From positions 3,084 through 67,083 of the forward strand of contig JADFYJ010000001.1 of assembly GCA_015233115.1 (NCBI GenBank): a stretch of 64,000 nt of DNA, in the 5' to 3' direction. Numbering within the stretch: position 1 is the first letter of the stretch; every line of letters starts with the position of its first letter. The stretch comes from Candidatus Omnitrophota bacterium (GTDB taxonomy: Bacteria > Omnitrophota > Gorgyraeia > Zapsychrales > Zapsychraceae). This document shows positions 31,785 through 40,560 of this stretch, piece after piece. Under the pieces are notes generated by a model, which saw nothing but the letters and a program-made list of their open reading frames with translations, was not told the DNA's origin and ran no database searches. The translations under genes and the position numbers were made by a program.

Positions 31785-31787
31785 AAT

Positions 31788-31870
31788 AAGGGTTTTTGGT
31801 TGTTAGTTTTTGGTTGTTGGTTGACTAGACTAATTATTTTTTCCAAAAACCATCAACTATCAACAGTAAA
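31788..31870. repeat. GTTG/CAAC heptad element
   Basis: gggtttttggttgttagtttttggttgttggttgactagactaattattttttccaaaaaccatcaactatcaacag. Confidence 0.65.
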
Positions 31871-31881
31871 AAGGAGAGGTT

Positions 31882-32052
31882 ATGGCACATGTAATTGGCG
31901 GGGCTATCGCAGTGGTTTTAGGTGTGGCAGGAATTATCGGCTGGTGGGATAATTTTGGTGATTTTTTACGCGGTGGTATTCCTTTGGCTCTTTTCCTCGG
32001 TGGTTTAATTGCCGTGAATACGGGAATCAAATTTTTAAAGGAAAAGAAATAA
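31882..32052 (+). CDS. 56-aa two-TM membrane protein, MamI-like candidate (absent from the ORF track because <60 aa)
   Basis: AAGGAGAGG RBS 5 nt upstream; MAHVIGGAIAVVLGVAGIIGWWDNFGDFLRGGIPLALFLGGLIAVNTGIKFLKEKK. The G..GWW..FLRG..P.AL..LGL.A pattern matches my recollection of MamI. Confidence 0.5.
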   Translation: MAHVIGGAIAVVLGVAGIIGWWDNFGDFLRGGIPLALFLGGLIAVNTGIKFLKEKK

Positions 32053-32055
32053 TTT

Positions 32056-32301
32056 ATGCGTAATGCGTATAAAGTGAAGAAAGAAACCTGTTTTAGCCCT
32101 TGGCTAGGATTTATGGTTATTGTGGCGGTGTGTATTATTATTGCCGGCGGGATTTTTATTGAATCCAAAACGCATCCGCGTAAGCATCGAAGGACACATT
32201 TAAAACCAGTGCCGCAAGCAGCTCCAGCACAGCAGGTGGCTTTTCCTAATCCGGCCGACACGGGCGTCGTACCAGATAGGGATAGTAGGATTGTATTTTA
32301 A
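32056..32301 (+). CDS. small single-TM membrane protein with basic tail (81 aa)
   Basis: ATG 4 nt after the mamI-like stop; TM (FMVIVAVCIIIAGGIFI) then an R/K/H-rich segment. Confidence 0.4.
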   Translation: MRNAYKVKKETCFSPWLGFMVIVAVCIIIAGGIFIESKTHPRKHRRTHLKPVPQAAPAQQVAFPNPADTGVVPDRDSRIVF

Positions 32302-32394
32302 TTTTTTTGAGAAGATCGAAGTTAGACAATAGAAGATAGAAAAAGCGGTTGATTAAAGAAATAATTTTTATTTTTTTGGTTTTTAGTTTTTGCA

Positions 32395-32460
32395 TTGTCA
32401 CGTTGTTACGTTGTCACGTTGTTACGTTGTCACGTTGTCACGTTGTCACGTTGTTACTAT
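32395..32460. repeat. tandem 16-bp repeat (ttgtcacgttgttacg)x~4, GTNAC octamer type
   Basis: tgtcacgttgttacgttgtcacgttgttacgttgtcacgttgtcacgttgtcacgttgttac immediately upstream of the protease gene. Confidence 0.8.
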
Positions 32461-32478
32461 AAAAATTTAGGATAATAT

Positions 32479-33870
32479 ATGTCAGAAGACAATAGAGAAG
32501 ATTTTTGTAATCAGCCGATCGGGCCCTGGATCGTTGGCGTAATCGTGATATCGATTATGCTGGTGATTTGGATCGTGATGAAACGGGAAGACATTATTCA
32601 TAGCGTTGAAATGGAACAACCTGTGCTTCCTAAAATCAAAATGTCCACAGCTGGAGAACCATCTTTTCCGACAGCAGTAACGCCAGCGGCCTTTAACAAA
32701 CAGACTCCGGTGGATACAAATTATCGGGTTGCGGCGATTACCAAGGCTACTCCTAATGGCGGTATGCAGTTGGTCGCGAATCAAACAAATGGCAATGGCG
32801 GCGGTTTTCAAAATTCTTTAAAAGACGCGGTGAATTCTATTATTCCTACGGTGTGTGATGTGCATGCCCGACGGGCAGCTACGGCTCCAAATGTCAAGAA
32901 AAATGTGGACGCTCAGAATTTAAAATTTGTTCCGCCTTTTAGCGGCGCTATTGATAAATTTGTTGAAAATAAAGGATTTGAAAATATCGGAGCGGGGATG
33001 TTGGTTGATCAGCGTGGTTATGTATTGACGAATTATCATGTAACGCAGGATGCGACGGATATCGTGGTAACAGTGTTTGGGCCGCCATCTCAGGATTATC
33101 ACGCGGATATTGTTGCCAGTGATCCGGCCAATGATTTGGCTCTCATTAAAATTAAAGCAGCCGGTACGTTTCCGGAAGCCAAGATAGGTGATTCCAGTTT
33201 TACTCAGATAGGCGATTATGTCATAGCTGTAGGCAGTCCTTTTGGCATTGAGCAGACAGTGACGAGCGGCATCATCAGCGGTATTCGTAAATCTATTGTG
33301 ATTGAAGGCGTCCGTTATCAAAATCTTTTTCAGACGGATACGCCAATCAACCGTGGTTCATCAGGCGGTCCATTGGTTAATTTAAGAGGAGAGGTGATTG
33401 GGATTAATTCGGCTATTTATGCCCCTACCGGCGTTTTTAGCGGGACTGGGTTTGCGATACCGATCAATGATTGTAAAGATTTTTTGGCCGTGAATTTGGG
33501 AAGAAATTATTCAATACCGGTTGATCAAAAAGGCATGTTAGCGCCGAACGTGGCGGATTTAAATAAAACCCAAAAAGGTCCTATTCCCATTCATTTTGGT
33601 ATCGAAGTAATGCCGGTCAATGATATCATTGCTAAACAGTTTGGGATTAGCGAGCATGGTGGAGTTTTGGTTAACCGCGTTTTGGATGTATCGCCAGCCA
33701 GTTTTGCGGGAATTCAACGCGGAGACATTGTGGTTTCTGTCGCGGGTGTTCCAGTTAAGGGGATGGATGATATTCCCAAAATTGTCGCGCATTTTAAAAC
33801 CGGTGATAACGTGAATGTCCGGATTCTTCGCAATGGAAAAATCGATGAGGTTCTGGTAAAGTTACAATGA
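32479..33870 (+). CDS. trypsin-like (HtrA/DegP family) serine protease with PDZ domain, MamE-Nter / MamO-like
   Basis: N-terminal TM; catalytic His (TNYHV), Asp (DLALIKI), Ser (GSSGGPLVN); C-terminal PDZ (GDIVVSVAGVPVKGMDD); no CxxCH, so the magnetochrome part would be a separate gene. Confidence 0.7.
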   Translation: MSEDNREDFCNQPIGPWIVGVIVISIMLVIWIVMKREDIIHSVEMEQPVLPKIKMSTAGEPSFPTAVTPAAFNKQTPVDTNYRVAAITKATPNGGMQLVANQTNGNGGGFQNSLKDAVNSIIPTVCDVHARRAATAPNVKKNVDAQNLKFVPPFSGAIDKFVENKGFENIGAGMLVDQRGYVLTNYHVTQDATDIVVTVFGPPSQDYHADIVASDPANDLALIKIKAAGTFPEAKIGDSSFTQIGDYVIAVGSPFGIEQTVTSGIISGIRKSIVIEGVRYQNLFQTDTPINRGSSGGPLVNLRGEVIGINSAIYAPTGVFSGTGFAIPINDCKDFLAVNLGRNYSIPVDQKGMLAPNVADLNKTQKGPIPIHFGIEVMPVNDIIAKQFGISEHGGVLVNRVLDVSPASFAGIQRGDIVVSVAGVPVKGMDDIPKIVAHFKTGDNVNVRILRNGKIDEVLVKLQ

Positions 33871-34463
33871 AAATAAAACCGAAATCAAAATTTACGATTT
33901 TAAATATTCAAAAGCAAATTATGGAATTTGCCAAAGAAAAGCCTTGGCATTTGGCGGGCATTGCGGTGGCCGTGGTTATTGTGGTACAGTTTGTTTGGTC
34001 TTATTTAACCGCTATAGAATTTCTTCCTGAACCTCAGCGTGCCCCGGTGCACAGGGCTATGGTGATTGATAAAGGGGATAGTTTAATTTGGGTTGATATG
34101 GAAGTGACGGCTGTTTCAAGAAGTATAAGAAAATCATTTAAGATTCCTTCTAATATAAAGGGAATGTTCGTGATTGATGAAGGGAAACAATCCGCCCAGC
34201 AATACGGAGTTAAAACTGGCGATGTTATTGTTTCTATCGGGCGCAGGCCGGTACCAACTGCTTCTGCTTTTGTTAAGATTGCCAATAACGTTAAATACTC
34301 GGATGGAATTCTTTTAGACATTTACCGGGATGGAAATCAGTTATATATTACCATTCCTTTTGCGTATCAATATGGCCCCGTTATGGGCCCCAATAAAGGA
34401 AGTTGGCAGCTTGGTTCACCGGCGGTCGGACAAGCCATTCAATATGGTCCAATAGTCAGGTAA
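33867..34463 (+). CDS. membrane-anchored PDZ-domain protein
   Basis: TM then PDZ (GVKTGDVIVSIGRRPVP...); ATGA overlap with the upstream protease gene. Confidence 0.6.
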   Translation: MKIKPKSKFTILNIQKQIMEFAKEKPWHLAGIAVAVVIVVQFVWSYLTAIEFLPEPQRAPVHRAMVIDKGDSLIWVDMEVTAVSRSIRKSFKIPSNIKGMFVIDEGKQSAQQYGVKTGDVIVSIGRRPVPTASAFVKIANNVKYSDGILLDIYRDGNQLYITIPFAYQYGPVMGPNKGSWQLGSPAVGQAIQYGPIVR

Positions 34464-34472
34464 AGGGAAAAT

Positions 34473-36164
34473 ATGGTAACACGTACTCATGTAAAAAAGC
34501 ACAACCCCTCATTAGAAGAAATTTCCGCAAAGATTAAAAATGCGGATTTGAACACCTATTTTATTTTTGGCGCTATCCTCATCGTTTTGATTGCGGGTGT
34601 TTATGCTTTGTTCGCTCCTGAAACGACCAATGAGCCGGTCGGAAATCCTGCCTGCGGAAAAATTGTGGTTGCAACGGATGGGTCAACGCTAGCGTCGAAA
34701 GTTTCGTCCACTTTACCGGAAGCGCGGTATTTTCTGGTTGTCAATCCTTTGACTAAGAGATTGGTTGAATCAATCAAAAATCCTTATCAGGGTAAAGTGC
34801 CGAATCCTCAGATTGCTTATTTAATCGCCGGTAAGGGTGAAGAAGCAGTTATTGTCGGAAGCATTGATCAAGAGAGTTATAATATTTTTAATCAATTTAG
34901 CATTCGGGTGTTTGGCGGGTATCGAGGCCAGGCTAAACAAGTTATTAGTTTGTACCGCAAAGCGAGAATAGGACAGATGGCGCGTCCGACCATGAGCGCT
35001 CCTCAAAATGTTAAGGGACATGCGCAAGTAGCTTTTCAAGGTTTGACAAATTTTGTTTGTCCGCGATGCGGTCAGACGGCTAATGGACAAAATTATAGAG
35101 GCGCAGGTTGTCCGATTTGTCCTAATTGCGCGATCCAGATGATGCAGCAAAATACTTTGCCGCAAAGACCCATGTTGGGACGACAGAATGCCCTGGGTAT
35201 GCGTATTAATCAGCCGTATTGTCCTATTCCCAATGCGCAAAATTCTCAGAATGTTCCTATGCAGAATCAAGTGGGTACTCAGAGTGGAGTACAGGCTGGC
35301 GCAGTTATTCAGGATATATACAGCAAAGGTGTTATGGATGGCTTAAGCATGAAAAATAATTTTGCCGGCGGATTACAGGCCGCGTTTGGTTTTGGCCAGC
35401 AAGCTTTTGTATGTCCGGTTTGTAATTGGCGGATGAAAGCTTCTAAACAAGGGAATAATTTTCCGGCTTGCCCGAATTGCGGTTCGCCTATGGCTTTGGA
35501 TATGTCGAAACAAAATCAAGAACCACAAGGGCCGTTTGCGGAAGGGGTATTTGCCGCTAACACTGTTCCTGCGGTTCAACCCGCTTATCCGATGAATAAT
35601 CAGGCGAATAATCAAATGAATATAAATCAAGGTAATGAATTAACCCAAGCTTTTCAATGTCCGAATTGTAATTGGCGGATGTATGCGAAGCAAGGTGCTA
35701 ATGAATTTCCACAATGTCCCAATTGCGGTCAGATTATGGCACGGGCAGGCAATGCATTCCAAAAACAAAATACTCAAAACGGTGCTTTTGCCAATAACGG
35801 AAATTTTGCGGCACAAATCGCGCTTCCACAAAATAATCAAGCTGCGGCAGGAACGACCACTGTGGCTCCACCGATTTTTCGTAACGCGGTTATGCCTCAT
35901 GAATATCGGGGAGTTTGCGAGAATTGTCATATTATTCGGGCTGATATCGCGATACCGGCGAATGCGCAAATGCCGCATCCATACCGCGGGATTTGTTCCA
36001 ATTGCCATCAGATTTTAGGAACTGGGGCTGGAGTACAAAATAACAATCAAATCGCGGTTCAGCCAAATGATCCGGCTATGATGCAGAATGATCCAACAAC
36101 GCAAAATCAATTTCAAAATAATACGGCCCCGGATCAGGGTGTCGCGCATGTGGGAATAAAATAG
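34473..36164 (+). CDS. NifX/NifB-like domain + repeated zinc ribbons + tandem magnetochrome protein
   Basis: TM; residues ~60-160 resemble the dinitrogenase FeMo-cofactor-binding fold (KIVVATDGSTLASKVS...ARYFLVVNP...IAGKGEEAVIVGSID); three CPxC-x12-16-CPNC ribbons in Q/N-rich linkers; C-terminal MPHEYRGVCENCH and MPHPYRGICSNCH. Confidence 0.7.
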   Translation: MVTRTHVKKHNPSLEEISAKIKNADLNTYFIFGAILIVLIAGVYALFAPETTNEPVGNPACGKIVVATDGSTLASKVSSTLPEARYFLVVNPLTKRLVESIKNPYQGKVPNPQIAYLIAGKGEEAVIVGSIDQESYNIFNQFSIRVFGGYRGQAKQVISLYRKARIGQMARPTMSAPQNVKGHAQVAFQGLTNFVCPRCGQTANGQNYRGAGCPICPNCAIQMMQQNTLPQRPMLGRQNALGMRINQPYCPIPNAQNSQNVPMQNQVGTQSGVQAGAVIQDIYSKGVMDGLSMKNNFAGGLQAAFGFGQQAFVCPVCNWRMKASKQGNNFPACPNCGSPMALDMSKQNQEPQGPFAEGVFAANTVPAVQPAYPMNNQANNQMNINQGNELTQAFQCPNCNWRMYAKQGANEFPQCPNCGQIMARAGNAFQKQNTQNGAFANNGNFAAQIALPQNNQAAAGTTTVAPPIFRNAVMPHEYRGVCENCHIIRADIAIPANAQMPHPYRGICSNCHQILGTGAGVQNNNQIAVQPNDPAMMQNDPTTQNQFQNNTAPDQGVAHVGIK

Positions 36165-36172
36165 GAGAGCAT

Positions 36173-36412
36173 ATGGAACCATTTTCAATGTTCGGTGTTA
36201 TCTTGTTATCCGTGGCAGCTGGTGCGGTGTTGTCGATGGTTTCCAAAAAACCGCAAGCTCCAGTTAATAATAAAATTCAGTCTGCTGCGACGGAAAAGCC
36301 GGTTGTCCAGCAACAGGAATTAGTTTCTGAATATACAGAAGAAAAAGTACCAGGAATCATCGATGCTGAAAAAGAAAAAGCCATTGATGATTTGATTGAG
36401 AAAAGGAGTTAA
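36173..36412 (+). CDS. small membrane protein (79 aa)
   Basis: single TM then an acidic/coiled segment; tightly packed between MGC genes. Confidence 0.4.
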   Translation: MEPFSMFGVILLSVAAGAVLSMVSKKPQAPVNNKIQSAATEKPVVQQQELVSEYTEEKVPGIIDAEKEKAIDDLIEKRS

Positions 36413-36414
36413 TC

Positions 36415-36672
36415 ATGGCAACAACGAAACCTATTATTTGTACATTATGTAATGGTGAAATGCAGCTTTATACCGGGCCCCGCTATAATAAAAAATTCAG
36501 CGGTGGTTTAATTATCGGCGGTATTTTTGCGACTTGCTTTTGGATCGGCGCGGTTTTAGGAATTCCGCTTATCGTGATGGGCCTATATATGACTGGTTCT
36601 AAACGTCATTTGTGGGTGTGCAAAGATTGTAATACAGCAATTGAACGTGTTGAAATTAACACTAAAGGATAA
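36415..36672 (+). CDS. small membrane protein with split zinc ribbon (CTLC...CKDC)
   Basis: CxxC - TM hairpin - CxxC; 85 aa. Confidence 0.45.
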   Translation: MATTKPIICTLCNGEMQLYTGPRYNKKFSGGLIIGGIFATCFWIGAVLGIPLIVMGLYMTGSKRHLWVCKDCNTAIERVEINTKG

Positions 36673-36845
36673 TTTATTTTGGTTTTTGGTTGATAGTTTT
36701 TGGTTGATGGTTATGAAATGATTCTCCAAAAATTAAAAACCTTTTACAACAACATATTTTATTTAATTGGTTATTGGTTTCGGTTATTTAAATATTTCGT
36801 TTTTTCCAAAAACCACTAACCATCAACAATCAACCAGCAAAATTA
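36672..36845. repeat. GTTG/CAAC heptad element (two modules)
   Basis: ttttggtttttggttgatagtttttggttgatggtt...ctccaaaaattaaaaacc and ggttattggtttcggtt...cgttttttccaaaaaccactaaccatcaacaatcaaccagc. Confidence 0.65.
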
Positions 36846-36854
36846 ATATTTATC

Positions 36855-38063
36855 ATGCCCAATCAAATTAAAGAATATCATCGTAAGCGAATGCAGAGAT
36901 TTTGGCTTGTGGTAATGATTGTTATCATTGGCATTTTCCTTCTGGCCGCGCTTATGCATATCGGCGCGGGCGACGCGGAGTGGGGCGGGATGTCTGTTTC
37001 TAACGCGACGCCTATGATGATGATGGAACATAATATTCCGAAAGATGAACAAGGGGTCGTCGTTGATTGGTGCGAAGATCCAGCCTATGCGGCAGGGGTG
37101 CGGGCTGGAGATCTACTCAAAGCCATTAACAATCAAAGGATCAAAAATTTATCGGATTTTTTGAAAGTGACAAAGAAGACCAGTTTGGCTCCGGGCGCTT
37201 TATTAGACATTTTACGTAATGGCCAACCGCTTTATATTACGATGGAAAATAAGATTGGCATTCACGATCAGCTTAAAAAATCGCTTAACATTGATCCGGG
37301 CACTACTGGAACAACGGCAGGAAATACTAGTACGACTGATGTTCCGTTATCCGCAGGTGTAGGCAAATCAGTACATATTCCGGTTGCGGTTAATAATACT
37401 CAGGCGATTATTCCGGCAGCTTTTGCCAATCGTTCTCCGGCGGAAACAGCGGAGGCAGGGGTTAATGTTGCCCCAAAGGGTATTCCTAATATGAGTTTAC
37501 CTACGCCTAAAGAACAAGGCGCGGCTCATAAAGAATTAGTGGAAGGACATTGGCTGGGCTTAGAACTTATTCCTTTGACTGTCGAGTTAGCCACGGAATA
37601 CCGTGTTCCTCCGGATATTAAAGGGGTTCTGGTTGATGAAATATGTCTTGAGGCTGCTGAATCCGGAATTCTCGCCGGTGATATGGTGGTGGCGATTGAG
37701 GATGAATCAACGCCCGATTTAACCGCTTTTTCAGAAGCAACCAGAAATGTTAAAAATAGGTCTAAAGCGAAAGTACTTGTTTCACGCCGTGGAAAATTAA
37801 TGACCTTTATTATTACCTCTGATAGAACTTTAGGCTTTTCACAGAATGAGGCAGCTCAACCTATCACGCCAGGTGCGCTCAGTCCTCACCGCAGCAGGAA
37901 TAAACCATGTACAACTTGTCATATTATCATGCTGACCGGCGGTCAGCTTCCAACAGACGCGGGTGATATATTACCTAATCCGCCGCCGATCGCCAAAGGC
38001 GCGGTTGCGCCCCATGAATACCGGGGTAAATGCAAAACGTGTCATATTATTTTGAAAAAGTAG
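36855..38063 (+). CDS. PDZ-PDZ-magnetochrome protein (MamP / MamE-Cter-like)
   Basis: N-terminal TM; two PDZ-like regions (GVRAGDLLKAINNQRI; ILAGDMVVAIEDE); C-terminal CTTCHII and APHEYRGKCKTCHII c-heme sites. Confidence 0.7.
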   Translation: MPNQIKEYHRKRMQRFWLVVMIVIIGIFLLAALMHIGAGDAEWGGMSVSNATPMMMMEHNIPKDEQGVVVDWCEDPAYAAGVRAGDLLKAINNQRIKNLSDFLKVTKKTSLAPGALLDILRNGQPLYITMENKIGIHDQLKKSLNIDPGTTGTTAGNTSTTDVPLSAGVGKSVHIPVAVNNTQAIIPAAFANRSPAETAEAGVNVAPKGIPNMSLPTPKEQGAAHKELVEGHWLGLELIPLTVELATEYRVPPDIKGVLVDEICLEAAESGILAGDMVVAIEDESTPDLTAFSEATRNVKNRSKAKVLVSRRGKLMTFIITSDRTLGFSQNEAAQPITPGALSPHRSRNKPCTTCHIIMLTGGQLPTDAGDILPNPPPIAKGAVAPHEYRGKCKTCHIILKK

Positions 38064-38065
38064 TC

Positions 38066-38542
38066 ATGGCTTCAAAAATAAATATGAATGATAATGCCGG
38101 ATATTTGCCGATTTGTTTTTATATTGAAAGAAAAGCGTGCTTAGTTGTCGGCGGCGGCAAAGTGGCATTTCGCAAAATTACCATACTCAAAAAATTTGGG
38201 GCTGTCATAACTTGCTTGAGCCCGATTTTTGTTAAACCGCTGGAACGACTTCACGCAACGGCAAAAATTAAATGCGTCAAACGCGGTTATCCGCAGACTT
38301 TGTCTTTAAAAAAATATGCTTTGGTCATTGCCGCGACGAATGATCCGGTTGTTAATAAACGCGTGGCTTCCGACGCTAAACGAGATAATGTTTTGTTTAA
38401 TGTGGTTGATAAAAGTGCAGCTGGTTCGGTAATAATGCCGGCTATTTTGAAACATAAAGGGATGCTTATTAGTGTATCTACCGGCGGCCGCAGTCCAAGC
38501 CAAGCAAAGAAAACACGAGATATTTTAAAAGGTGTGATATGA
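38066..38542 (+). CDS. sirC: precorrin-2 dehydrogenase / sirohydrochlorin ferrochelatase (SirC/Met8/CysG-N type)
   Basis: Rossmann CLVVGGGKVAFRKI..., 159 aa; start set to the ATG at 38066 just after the upstream stop. Confidence 0.75.
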   Translation: MASKINMNDNAGYLPICFYIERKACLVVGGGKVAFRKITILKKFGAVITCLSPIFVKPLERLHATAKIKCVKRGYPQTLSLKKYALVIAATNDPVVNKRVASDAKRDNVLFNVVDKSAAGSVIMPAILKHKGMLISVSTGGRSPSQAKKTRDILKGVI

Positions 38543-39531
38543 AATTAGTGCTGATTGGAACAAGTCATAAAAGAGCGCCTTTGGCGATGCGGGAAAAATT
38601 TAGTTTTTCGGGCGAGAAGTTGGGGCAGTATTATGCTCGTCTTAAGAGCTATCCTGACGTGCGTGAGGCGTTTATTTTGTCGACTTGCAATCGGGTTGAA
38701 ATATATGGAGTTGGGCAGGATGCTGTTGTTGTCGCTGATCAGTTAAAGAAATTTTTGCGTGAAGTGCATGGGATGAATTCGGCTTCATGGGAAGAACATT
38801 TTTATAATAAGACAAATAAAGATGCGCTCGAACATCTTTTACGAGTAGCTAGCGGCCTTGATTCTATGGTAATCGGTGAGCCGGAGATTATTGGACAAAT
38901 TAGAAAAGCCTATGATCAAGCTTGTATGGCCGGCGTGATTGGCTCGTATCTTCATAAAGCTTTGCAAGATTGCCTACAAGTCGGGAAAAAAGTGCGCAGT
39001 TCTACCGGCATATCTCGCGGAGTAACGTCAGTTTCAGGTGTAGTTGTTGAATTATTGAAAAAACAATCTAATCTTAAAGATAAAAAAGTTTTGGTCATCG
39101 GCGCGGGTAAAATCGGCGCTATGACTGTGGTGAAATTAGCAGATCTTCTTATTGGTGAAATTATAGTGATGAACCGTGACATGACTAGGATGGCAGATTT
39201 CGAGCATATTACGAATATGCGGCCGGCAGAATTTTGCGCGCTTAAAGATGAAATTTTAATCGCGGATATTGTCATTGCCGCGACAGCTTCAATGAAATAT
39301 CTTTTGGATCGCGACTTAATTAAAGAGGCGTTTTTGACCCGGAAAAATGATTTGCTTTTGGTTGATTTAGGCGTGCCCCGCAATATTGATGAAACCACCC
39401 GGCAAATCACTGGCGTGACGCTTTATAACATTGATGATTTAGCCCCGATTGTGGATGAGACCATGCGGTACCGGACTCAAGAAGCCGAAAAAGCCGAAGA
39501 AATTATTCAAGGTAAATTGGCATTTATGTAG
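38539..39531 (+). CDS. hemA: glutamyl-tRNA reductase
   Basis: LIGTSHK.APLA.RE, active-site STCNRVEIY, NADPH fold VLVIGAGKIG. Confidence 0.9.
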   Translation: MKLVLIGTSHKRAPLAMREKFSFSGEKLGQYYARLKSYPDVREAFILSTCNRVEIYGVGQDAVVVADQLKKFLREVHGMNSASWEEHFYNKTNKDALEHLLRVASGLDSMVIGEPEIIGQIRKAYDQACMAGVIGSYLHKALQDCLQVGKKVRSSTGISRGVTSVSGVVVELLKKQSNLKDKKVLVIGAGKIGAMTVVKLADLLIGEIIVMNRDMTRMADFEHITNMRPAEFCALKDEILIADIVIAATASMKYLLDRDLIKEAFLTRKNDLLLVDLGVPRNIDETTRQITGVTLYNIDDLAPIVDETMRYRTQEAEKAEEIIQGKLAFM

Positions 39532-39539
39532 AACATAAA

Positions 39540-39660
39540 GCGCGCGGTTGGGCGGTTTGCATTTAAACCGAATCCTTCGCTCAAACAGCAGCTCCTAAGC
39601 GGAGCTGAACTCGCTCGGTGATTCGGTTTCAACGCCAACCTTGTATTTTGGCACGCGGTT
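39540..39660 (+). repeat. R1 structured element, copy 3
   Basis: gcgcgcggttgggcggtttgcatttaaaccgaatccttcgctcaaacagcagctcctaagcggagctgaactcgctcggtgattcggtttcaacgccaacc...ggcacgcggtt. Confidence 0.85.
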
Positions 39661-39667
39661 AGAAATT

Positions 39668-40558
39668 ATGAGATCAATTACTTTTGGAATACGAAAAAGT
39701 GTTTTAGCTCGCCGGCAAATGGACGAGTTTATCGCGTATTTGGGAAAGAATAATATTACGTTTGATTATTCGGTCAAAATTATTCAGACGGCAGGTGATC
39801 AGGATCAGAAGTCGCCGGTTTCGCAAATGGGGCAGGGAATTTTTACGAAAGAAATTGAGCGCGCGATTCTGAACAAGGAAATTGATTGCGCGGTACATAG
39901 CCTTAAAGATATGCCGGTTAAAACGGAAAAAGGGACTTTGCTGACTTTTTGTGGTGGTCGAGAAGATGTTCGTGATTGTCTGGTAGTTCGAGCAGGTATA
40001 TCGGCTGATCATTTAAATAATTTGCGTATAGGAACAGGCAGTCCGCGGCGGATCGCTTTTTTAAAAGAGTTAGATCCATCCGTTAATATATTGCCCATTC
40101 GAGGGAATGTTGACACTCGTTTACGGAAATTGGATTTAGGCGAATACGACGCCATTGTTTTGGCTGCGTGCGGTTTGAAACGTTTAGGATATGGAAACCG
40201 GATCAATCGCTATTTTGACCCGGACACTTTTGTTCCTGCTGCTGGTCAGGGTGTTGTTTGCGGTCAGACGCGGGAAGATGATGTAGAATTAATCAAGGTA
40301 TTGAAAAAATGTGTTTCGCCTGTAACGGAACAAATAGTCAAAGCGGAACGAAAAGTATTGGAAGCTTTAGGCGTCGGATGTCAAACTCCGTTCGGCGTCT
40401 ATGCTCGTTTTGAAGGTGAGACATTTATTATATCTGCCAAGTTGTATGCAGAACATAACCAAACTTTTATGACAGAACGTAAAACGGGAAATAAAGATGA
40501 TTTTGAAAAAGCTACGGATGAATTGATTGAAAATCTTAAACGAAAAATAAAGGATTAA
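39668..40558 (+). CDS. hemC: porphobilinogen deaminase (hydroxymethylbilane synthase)
   Basis: start moved to ATG 39668 (MRSITFGIRKSVLA) because the ORF-track start lies inside the R1 repeat; cofactor-binding Cys in GVGCQTP. Confidence 0.9.
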   Translation: MRSITFGIRKSVLARRQMDEFIAYLGKNNITFDYSVKIIQTAGDQDQKSPVSQMGQGIFTKEIERAILNKEIDCAVHSLKDMPVKTEKGTLLTFCGGREDVRDCLVVRAGISADHLNNLRIGTGSPRRIAFLKELDPSVNILPIRGNVDTRLRKLDLGEYDAIVLAACGLKRLGYGNRINRYFDPDTFVPAAGQGVVCGQTREDDVELIKVLKKCVSPVTEQIVKAERKVLEALGVGCQTPFGVYARFEGETFIISAKLYAEHNQTFMTERKTGNKDDFEKATDELIENLKRKIKD

Positions 40559-40560
40559 AA

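Noticed and set aside
31860-32261. 133-aa minus-strand ORF
   Set aside because: It overlaps the RBS-preceded mamI-like and following small + strand ORFs, and its composition is low-complexity (C/G/A-rich translation of the antisense strand). It is likely spurious.
32395-32460. Possible CRISPR array (short direct repeats ttgtcacgttgttacg)
   Set aside because: The repeats are contiguous with no unique spacers, and the 8/16-bp unit is far shorter than CRISPR repeats. It belongs to the GTNAC octamer family.
34821-36018. Several ORFs (34821-35270 -, 35373-35630 -, 35640-36008 -, 35683-36018 +) within the 34473 gene
   Set aside because: They lie in alternate frames of the Q/N-rich low-complexity region of the magnetochrome protein. 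Only the long + frame has RBS and conserved domain content.
39641-39667. ORF-track start of hemC at 39641
   Set aside because: The first 9 codons lie inside the R1 repeat copy. The conserved HemC N-terminus begins at the ATG 39668.
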